Origin: Bugula neritina
Lineage: Eukaryota > Animalia > Bryozoa
DNA length: 64,000 nucleotides
Reading direction: 5' to 3'
Assembly: GCA_964035545.1 (NCBI GenBank)
Contig: OZ037768.1
Span: forward strand, 5,054,741-5,118,740
How positions within the stretch are numbered: the stretch's first letter is position 1; each line of letters begins with the position of its first letter. Both the position numbers and the translations under genes were made by a program. The notes beneath the pieces were generated by a model. It was not told where the DNA came from. It did not search any database and saw nothing but the letters and a program-made list of their open reading frames with translations. Positions 1 through 10,800 of this stretch are shown here, piece after piece.

Positions 1-957
1 TATCCTTTCAACAACACATTTTATCAAGAAAGTTTGAGATAAGTTAGCCCATTTACAATGTTGACTCTTTGCATTATTTCATTAAATTAAATTAATGTAT
101 CAGAATTTGACTCAAAGTTGACCCGCCAAAGTGTTGCTAAAAGTTAAGCCTCCATGGGAAATCTTTAATCCTGCCACGCATGTAAACAAAGCAGTAAAAA
201 TATGGATTAAAGTTGTACACAATTATTTCTAATTGAAATTAAAGTTCAAAAATATAGTAAGGAGTTGATCTGCTTATATCCTTTAGTAGGCCACGAAAGT
301 TAGCTAACCTCACTATATTACCATAACGGCCACTAAATAGCTACACTCAGGGTGATAATAGGTCAGTATCCTAGTGTTTTGTTAAATATATGTATCTCAG
401 CTCATGGAAGATGTTTAGATAGCCGCAATACAGTAGACCTCAAGGGTCAAAAACAAGTTACTCCAACATTGTCATATTCTTCCAACCACACACTGTCATA
501 TTCTTCAGACAGTTGACAAAATAATCCTTTCACTAATATAATAAATAGATAAATGGACAGGCAGGGAATTTTATCTTTCATCAAAAAGACTAAAATATGA
601 ATCTATTATAAATTAATATGATATATAATATATATAATATACACATATATATATTATATATATAAATAAATATATATTTATATAATATACGTATAACTAC
701 CAAATTAATATTAATAATTGCTTACATAATCTAAATAAAAAATATTTTTATCAAGAAGAAGCCTAAGTATGTTACACTGAGGTGTGGTAGTAACTTGTTA
801 TTATAACTTTCATATTCTAAATAGTCAATTAGAAAGACAACTTCAAATTAGTGTATTGCAAAAATTAATGATCATTATGAGAAGTTTTAGGCATTCTTAA
901 GAAATATGAAGCAAAACAAAATAACTCATTTTCACACAAATAACAAGCAAACCTTAC

Positions 958-1790
958 CTTTCTTTCCAACATGATAAGCTTAAACAGCACGAGTATTTTA
1001 TATTTATATAGCTTCACAACTTCATGGAGTTGCAAACCTGAAAATAATACAATAGTCTGAGTGAATAGCTTGCAGACCTAGAAGTATATGAAGTTAGATT
1101 ACCTACAAATACATATTGACACACAATATGAACTAATCTAAATGGTCAATAAACGTTTCCCAAACAATCTAGATCTAGGAAATTACAAAACAATAGAGAA
1201 ATTATCAAAAATAGATAAAAAAACATCATAGCAAAAAAGTTCCCATAACTTATAGGTTAACTAAATAACAAATCAAGCTGTTCGACAAATAACCACTTGA
1301 ATTATTTAACAGTGATTTTTGTAGGTAAACACTATTTAGCACTGATCCCTACAAGATAATGAGTGTGACGCGCTCATGCACAGTGATATGATGTACCCAT
1401 TGTGGCTTGCGATTCACTGGAGAGAGAACCCAGGCTAAGAGAAAGGCTGTTGAAAGCATCCTTCAGCAAATCCAGCTGAGTGAAGTCTTTCTGCTCAAAC
1501 CAGGCATGAGTAACAAGCTCGAGCTTGGCAGCAACAGCACCAAAACATGGCTGAAATAACATCACAGTGAAAAGTTGAATCACAATGACGTTTCACATTA
1601 AATTTGACAAATATGATATGAAAATACTGTCAACTTTGACAAAATATGTACAATGAAAAAGTTATAAAAAATACAATCATAGCTTGCTTAAATGCTATAT
1701 TAATTTAGTAAAAAATTAACCTAATTATATCATACTTGAGCAAAATTATAAGTGTCGAAACAATATATATGTATTTAACAGATATGTTGT

Positions 1791-1821
<31 letters not shown>

Positions 1822-4800
1822 GAGCCAGCAACAACGCGACACACCCGAGTATCACACCATGCCACTGTCCATTATTTATACAAATACATTCTTATTGTGT
1901 CACGATATGTTATGCTGCCTAGCTATCATCACGGCGTCACAGTATAAATATTCACATATTATTTTAACTTAGCAAAAAGCCTAAAAAACAATGCCATGAC
2001 AGCAGCAGACAGAAATAATATTTTCAAAAAACAAAACAAATCTAATGCTTGAACGCATCACCTACATCCAATTTTCATTATTAAATCTTCAAAATTTGTA
2101 AACATAAAAAGTCGACAGTAAAATAAAAAACAATTATATTTTTCTATGCAATTTTATTACCATTGTCGTGAGAATGCACACGCTCTTCTGAACAGTGCCA
2201 CGGGTAATGTCATCAGTCTTATTCACAATATCCTGAAAAAACAAAAGTACTACATAATATTATTTCTTGGTGATGCGCTAGGAGAATATTATTTCAAGTG
2301 ATAACAGTAGGTAACCCATGAATAACACGAAACAGAACAAAATATGCATAACAAATAAACAAACAACATTCTCTTGCAATCTCGTTACAGCGCAAGCTAA
2401 TGAGAACATGCTTTGCTAGATGTGGCAGAGTATTAAACATATCTGCTTTAGAAAGTTTCAAGAGTGCCATTTCGAATTCATTACAATGAGTCAATAACCA
2501 CTCGTAAAACCCATTGTCCGAAAATCAAAAAGTCACATTGTTGGTAAATCCATTAATGAAATACACATGTACACTGTATAAATACAATATAAAGCATATA
2601 TGCAATATTTGCCTAAACAATTAGGTTTTCGTACTTGGAAAGTTACAACTACTAACAGGACTTCCTACTGTATTTATGGAGATTTCCTACTTACTGAGTT
2701 ATAATAATAATTCCTAATTACAAAATATATCACAAGATTGTCATAAAGTCCCTTTTCTGAAACGGTCTAATAGAAATACCAGGAAATAAATTGCTCTAAA
2801 TAGCAACCCAAGTTGTTTGGTTCCACTGGAATGTAATATTATATGTATGCAACACTGGGCCATATTATTCTAACGTATTTACACATAGCTAGGTATCAGG
2901 TGAAAGTCTAATATACTTACATATATAGTTAGGTATCCGGCAAAAGTCTAATATACTTACACATAGACAGGTACCAGGTAAAAGGTAACACACTAACCTT
3001 GGCATCAATTTGTCTGTAACATGAAACTCCATACACTGTGGTATTACTTGAATCTTTTCTATCTTTTAAGTGGAAATATATCGTATCTGCAATTAACGAT
3101 AATGAAAATAACTTAGAAGTTGTGCTCTCCTTAGTATTATTGCATTTACTGACATGAATAAAGAGTATTCATGTCGATTTAATTTGCAAGAAAAACTAAT
3201 TTACAATGATGACTTTAATATCATTTTAGGTTTATATAATATCGCTCTTGAGAATTTTATTAAAATAAAACAAAGTATCTTATTGAGACTCCATTTCCAA
3301 ATAAAGCATTTTTAATTGGCACGTTATTTCATATCCGCTGAATGGTGACTAGCTGTACTTGGTACATATTTTATTTCTTACACGTAGCAGGTATTTTTCC
3401 AGTTAATTATTACATTATTTCCGAAATTACAATCATGGATTTGCAGTCTCCCCAACAACTCAATGACATATAAAGAAGTATCTACTATGCATGTTAAATG
3501 ATGCGACACTTATACCTCATCCAACACACCCTGAAATACTTCCTAGATGACTTCATTTCATTTAAAATAACGTTTTCGAATACTGAAAATCTGAGATATA
3601 TATATTACTTTGCAACAATTATTTTGTTTGAGATAAAGAAAAGTGCACAAAATATATCTGAAAAGTATGATAAAAATGAAGTTTTGTTCATGTTAAATAT
3701 AAATTCCTCTCTAGTTTCATTGCCAAAAGCATGGATGATTTGCACCAAATAGTCGAAAACCATTTTGTTTTAAATTTCTGATTATGTAACCGCTGAAGCT
3801 GAAAACTTCACTGTAAGAGGTCTGGCTCATTAGAAATATAGGTTGTTAACCATCTGGTATACCTTTACTATAGTTGTGTGCTCCATCAGGTAAAGCTAGA
3901 GTAGGGAGGTGTTTCCATTCCAAAGGCACCTCCCCACTACATTCCCCTGTGTCTGGCACAAGAGGAGGGTATGAAAACTCAACCTAAAACATCAACCTGG
4001 AAAGAATTAATTCTGCTATTGTTATTTACATAATTACTGGTTTTGAGAAGCAGAATGGGAACATTTAAAATAAGTAGCAGTAAACACACACAAGATAACA
4101 TCAGTTTTTTCGTGACATGTCATAAAATAAATAGATAAAGATGAAATTAATATTCATAATAATTTATTATGTAATGAAGCTTCAAAGTTCAGGCCCCATC
4201 AATCTTGTATAAACACTCATCTACAATTGTGCAGCTAATACAAAAGTTCTACACCATTGACTAAACAAGAGAGAGGAGGAATTAAAGGATTTGTCAAAAA
4301 CGGGTTGATAAATGATTGTAAAAAGTTACTGAGAAGATAGAAAGAACAATTGGAGTAAGTTACAGTGTGAATAATTATTATGAAGACTTGTCAGAGAGAA
4401 AATAACTCTTAAATACATTTTACATCATCTACTGTTATTTGTATGTCTGTTTCATAACATGAAGCAAATAAAAACTAGAATAAAGAGGTAAAATTAAATC
4501 TAATTCAACCCAAGAATGAAAAATATTAGGTGTTTCATTATAAAACGGCATTATCAAAGTTGAAATGCAAAAGAAAAACATTAACTAGATTTACACTTTG
4601 AAAAGAACACAAATCCAAAATACAATTTATTAAAAAAATGTGATTTACAACAAATTATTTTAATAATAATATTTTAAAATCTTAAAATAAGACAATTTAC
4701 ACGATGACCTCATTCTAATTTGTAACAGATTTAATAGAAACTGATTATCTTAAATGGTTTTTAAATCAATTTTAATTAAAACATTCAACACCTATGAACT

Positions 4801-7800
4801 AATGCAATTAAATAAAACTTTATTCTCAACAAGAATGGTTGTTACTTAACTCTAGAACACATTACTAGCTATTTTACATTCAACAAATAGTTTATTTGTA
4901 ATTGAAAAAGCAACTCCAACAATACTTAGTAATAATATTTTTAAATTTAATCTTTTCTATTTTTAACTTTTACAAATAAATAATTGCCAAGTTGCATCCT
5001 ATGTACAGTGATGATCAATTTTATGTTAGCAACAAAAGCTGTATATAGTAACATTCAATTTTAGTTATGGACAGTGGCATCTTGGTGATGTATAAAAACA
5101 GATAAATTTCGGATTCAACTTCGAAAATACTATGTAGAGTATTCTATACAAAACATTTGCTGAACTACCTTTACAATGAGTTAAGAAACCTCCAGTAAAA
5201 CTGTATTCCTACGTAAGACGTGCAAGACCCATTAATCATGCTACCACAGCTTTTTTTATTTTTTGAAAACAAAAATAAGACAACTCTGTTAGCCTGCATA
5301 TAAATAAGAGCAGAATAAATTGGGGTATAGCTTTCTCGTACATCATACATAAATATTGTTATGATTTCCAGAATTAGGGTCGATGTGCAACCAAGAGAGT
5401 CTATTTATTACTAGAGAAACTTCACCGTGATAAGTCGAGTAGATATCGTTATATTTTAATACAAGAATACATAATAAAAACTAGTATACAACAGTTAATA
5501 ATACGCACGTCTATTTAATTTACAGCACTATCCTCAACTGAGCTAGTAGCGCGAAGCTGCTACTATTACTCATAAACAGCCTAGCTAATTGGCTAATACA
5601 TTGTTCCGGGTCAATACGCAACCTTGCGTATTGTGTTGCTGGTAGCTCCACGAGCCACCACACTGCCCCCTCCAGCAGAAAGCCCTCTTTCTGATAAAAA
5701 TATAATTCACGTAAAAACGTATACTTCGTTGTGGAGAGAGAGAACAGTATAAAAGTATATACAAAAAAAAACAACCGATAAAATATACAGGTATATATAT
5801 AAAACGTGCACCATATGTAATATGCAAGAGAAAGTCCTATTTACATGTAGAGTACGTGCCACCATAACGGTAGGGAATGCCACAGAGAGGTAGGGGAAGA
5901 GTAGTATGGAGTTGGAGATAGACTCATGTTAACTGCGGGCCGCCCGCTTCATGCGTTTAATAGACTCCTGTAGATATTTGAGTTCACTGGATGCAGCCTG
6001 CACCCGCGGGGCCAGTCTGTACACTTCTTGCTCTAGGTCGTGTGCCCTAGCTTCTACTTCGCGTAAGTTGCGGGCCAGGGGGGATGAACGAGAGGAAGTC
6101 TGCTGTCTGTGCCTTTTCCGTTCTGAGGATGGAAGTGGAGGAGGGAGTGTATACGCCTTCGTGTCTACCCTCTGTAGTACGACACGGGGGAATGTATGCG
6201 GGTGGCGTAGAGGACTGTGAGGTGGAGAGTTAGTTGATTGTATAGGTTTATCTGCGGCTCCAGAGATGATGGGTCGCGGGGAGGGAAAACCTTGCTCCAG
6301 GCGAGACAGCCGAGCTGGGTCAGTGATGAGGGGTCTGATGGCGTTGAGAAATGCGGGATATGATGATTCGTCTACTTCATAGACGTGTCCTTGAAAACAC
6401 TGCATAGTGCGTTGGTGACGCAGTAGGTAATCACGATTGTAACTATATTCTCCGCAGGGGCAGAACGTGGTGATGTAATGCTGCGGCAAGTGTACTTTCA
6501 GCCTGCGGTGGGTTGTAAATCGCTGCTGGCAGAGGTTGCATTCGCGGTTACCATCACCTCCTCTATGAGTCTTAATCTCTCTCTCTGTGGCAGGGGTAAT
6601 CCAGTTAGAGGTTGCTTCCAACTGGGGTGGCAGTTGTCTGGTTGTAGAAGTTGTTGGGGCCGGCTCTGGGTCCCACGCCATCTCTAGAGAAGGCATGCCC
6701 GGAGAGACGGGCGCGAGTGTGTCTACAAAAGTAGAATTATTGTTAGATCGCGGTGGATCTTTACAACATAATTCTAGTGACTGTCGACTGTTACTAGCCT
6801 GAGAGTCACAACTTTTGGAATGCACTCGAGGAACCGATGAATCATGTGTGGACTGACCAAGAACAGTGTCTAGCTCCAGGTCTAACAGACCGTCGGCCAT
6901 TACAGTGTCCTCATCGTCATTCACATGAAACGTGGTTCCCAGTAATTCTGATTCAATCTGATGAATTAGTTCAGAATTTACTGGCATCGAGCTCGTTTCC
7001 ATGAATAGGAATACAAGACTTATACTGGCTTACCTGTGAACTCGGTATTAATGTCCATACTCAACGTTCTTGGTAAGATTGGAGCTGGTTGTGAGATACG
7101 TCTGCCTTTGGCGATGTCAGCGTAAGAAAAGGCTGAGCATCGTTTCTGAGACACGAGGTCGGAACTATTTGCTTTACGCGCATTAATTCCTCCCACTATT
7201 CCGCCCTCGCAAAAGTTGATATTTGCGTGGGGTTCACAACTCCAACATTTTATCGTACGGTTTTCCCCTAGACTTTCATGCGTGCCGCTTTTAATGCAGT
7301 CACATACGAAGTCTTTTAAATATGCGGGGGGTTGCCTCGTACGTTGTCCCCTTTCTAGGGGGGGTGACACGCTCGCCGGTTCGTTAGTAGGGGCCTCTAA
7401 TGGCGTCTCTACTTCACCGTTAGCGATCACCTCTTCTTGTTCTCCGGATGGAGCCCCTCCCTCCGTGGGGGTTTGCACTTCCGGAACCGGTTCGGTTTCT
7501 GGAAGTGATGGAATTAGACTTGGCGGTGGCGGACACGCTTCCGTTGGCAAAAGCTGCCGCTCCTCTCTCACCAAGTTTTCTTCCCGCGGTATGACCACTT
7601 CGTATTCAGGTCCATGCCGCCGTCGCCCGCGCGTTGTTGTCTGCCTCCTGGGCTCCAACAACGGGGGGGCTTCTCCCACTGCGTCGGGGCTAGCCCAATA
7701 CGGTTTCAAGCGAGACTCATTCTGGATAGACACCTGTCCTGAGCGCTCAATCTTGTACGTATGATTGGGCATAGCCTCGACGATCACGTAGGGTCCTACG

Positions 7801-10800
7801 AACTTAGGCTTCAGTTTATCAGCCTGTCCGCGACGCCTACGGTAATTGACCATTCACACCTTATCTCCCGTTTGGTAGAGAGGTGGTTCCTCGGAATCTT
7901 CGTGCCGCACCTTCCACTGCTGTTCGCGCAGTATCTCGTGTGCGGCCTTCATCCGTTTCACTAGTTCACTGGCATACTCGTGAACCGAGTTGTCTTGCTC
8001 TGGAACGTGGTAGGTGAGATGGTCAGGGACACGAGTCTCTCTCCCGAGCATCAAGAGGTTTGGGGTCTCACCAGTACTGGTGTGTGGGGTGCTACGGTAT
8101 GCCCGCATGACTTGCGGCAACACCGTATCCCATTCCTCTTGGCCTCGTCCAAGGAGGAGACTCCGGAGCGCATCACCTAGCATCCGGTTGTTGCGCTCCA
8201 CCACTCCATTACCTTGAGGGTGGTAGGGGGTGGTCCGGCTCTGATTTACTCCCCAGAGGTGGCAAAGGTCGCTCATCAGTTGAGACTGAAATTGAGCGCC
8301 TTGATCAGAGTGTATCTGTTCGGGGAGGCCAAAATAACAGAATACATGTTGGTCTAGTGCCCTGGCCACTGTTGGGGCTGACGCATCTGGGATAGCCAGA
8401 GCATCCGCCCACCTAGTAAAGTGGTCGGTTAGTACTAAGATCCAACTATTGCCTCTGGGGGTCAGGGGCATGGGTCCGACCAGGTCTACAGCTACTACTT
8501 GCCAGGGCCTTCCAGCATATAGCCTCCGCCGTCCTGTTTCACCAGGGGGACGGCTATGCTTACTGGCCTGGCAGATCTCACACTGTTTGACTCTGAGTCG
8601 GACGTCACGCTCCATTTGAGGCCAATACCACCGGAGTCGCAATTTGGATATCACTCTCTTGACCCCTGCGTGGGCCTGTTTGTGAGTATCCCAAATCAAC
8701 TCACGGCGGATGGTCGTGGGGCAGACTACCCTCTTCCTCTCTGGGTGTCTGCCGTTGGCGGCTAGAGAGATGGTTAGTAAACCATCTTGCCCGATCCGCA
8801 GCGAGTCCCAACGCTGACAGTATAGCCGGAACTCGGCGCATCCCTGTCTTATGCGTTCCTCGCTGGGTCGTCGCCCTTCCTTTTTGGCCCGATATATGTC
8901 TGCCACGACTCCAGGCAGCTCTCCTTGGAGCTTCTTCAGCTCTCGGACATTATCGGCCAGTACAGGATTGGCGCGGAGGTTTTGTACAACCTCCGGGGAC
9001 TCGTCAATCTCCTGTCTGAGTTGACCCTGGTCCCAGTCAAACGGTGCTCCGTGGTGAGCCAGCGTCTCCAACTCACATCGCGGGGGACCTCCATCCCTCC
9101 TCTCGATGTTGAGACACTGTTTGCAACCTCCCTCAGGTCGGCGACTCAAACCATCCGCATTGCTGTGTCTCTTGCCCGGTCGATGTTCGATCCGGTATGA
9201 GAACTCAGCTAGGATTTCGAGCCACCGGGCGACCTGACTAGAGGGCTCTGCTCTCTTGCACAACCAGATCAGCAAGGCATGATCCGTACGCAGCCGGAAC
9301 TTCCTGCCATATAGGTATGGTCTGAAGTGCTTCACTGACTTGATTACTGCCAGCAGCTCCTTGCGGGTAGTGCAGTAATTTCGTTCAGCGGGTGAGAGAG
9401 ACTTGCTGTAGTAGGCTACTACTACCTCTCGGCCTTCCTGCACTTGTGACAGCACAGCGCCAACATTTTGGTCACTGGCGTCCGTGTCGAGGATGTACTC
9501 CAGAGTGGGGTCTGGGTAGGCCAAGATGGGCGCCGTTAGCAGGCAGCCCTTGAGGCGGTCGAACGCTCCTTGTTCGACTGGGGTCCACTGCCACGTCACT
9601 CCCTTTGCGGTGAGCCGATTTAACGGCTGTGCTATGCCCGCAAAGTCTGGTATGTATTGCCTGTAATACCCTACCAGCCCCAAGAAAGCCCGGAGTCCGG
9701 TCAAGTCTTGGGGGGTGACCCAGTCTTCTATTGCCCGTACCTTCTCGGGATCCGTTGCCATGCCGTTTCGACCGACAACGTGCCCCAGGTACTTAACCTC
9801 TGGCTGCAATAGAGCGCACTTGGAAGGTTTGAGCTTAAGACCGGCACCTCGGAGTCTCTCAAAGACCTCCTGCAGACGACTGACATGCGTCTCGAAGTCT
9901 GGGGAGATCACGATGACATCATCGAGGTAGACCAGCAGTGTCTTCCAATGGAGCCCGCTAAGGACTTGCTCCATCAGCCTCTGGAAGGTGGCCGGGGCGG
10001 AGGTTAACCCGAAGGGTAGCACCTTCCACTTCCACAACCCGTCCCGTGTGATAAACGCCGCTTTCTCCTGGGCGTCGGGACTCAGAGGGACTTGCCAATA
10101 GCCGCTCAGCAAGTCTAACGTACTGAAGTACTTGCTGCCGGCTAGGGCGTCCAGTGACTCGTCAATACGAGGTAGAGGGTAGGCGTCCTGTATGGTTACG
10201 TTGTTGAGTTTGCGGTAATCCACACAGAACCGCCAACTGCCGTCTTTCTTCCGGACCAGTACGACCGGTGAGCTCCACGCACTATGGGCGGGCTCTATGA
10301 GGCCGCGGTCCAGAAGATCCCGTACTTGTCGGCTAACCTCCTTCTCCTTCTCCGGCCCCAGCCTGCGTGTGGGCTGCCGGACAGGGACTGTCCCTGCAGT
10401 CAGCGGTATTTCGTGTCTGACAATTCCAGTCAGCCCCACGTCATGATCTCCGCTACTGAACACATCACCGTAGTCGCGTAACAACTTCGCCATAGCTTGG
10501 CGTTCCTTGTTGCTCGCGCAGCCGCCACAGGCTGTTTCATATAACTCCCGGAGATGTGTTGGGACTGCCCCTCGTCCCTGAATAGGGTGTCGAGGGGGTG
10601 TCTCCGTCGCGTCACCCAGCGACGGGCCCACGTCCTCTTCCTGGACGGAGTGGAACCGGCCCAGCATTGACCCAGCTGGGAGCTCAATGGGCTCGGTAAA
10701 GGGGTTGACACACTGCACTAAGACCTCCCCTCGCTCAGTTAGTCGGTTTAAACTACTGGCGAGTTGGATCCTTTCGTGCGCGCCTTCAACGACCCCGAGC

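Noticed and set aside
1-290. TATCCTTT motifs resembling U12 donors (positions 1 and about 276)
   Set aside because: Opposite strand to AVL9 and no associated exon
5520-5827. ORFs reading into the LTRs (also 12657-12875)
   Set aside because: They cross the element or LTR boundary; the shared peptide only reflects LTR identity
5929-7002. ORF3 as an envelope gene
   Set aside because: No signal peptide or transmembrane helix; zinc-finger content points to a nuclear or nucleic-acid role
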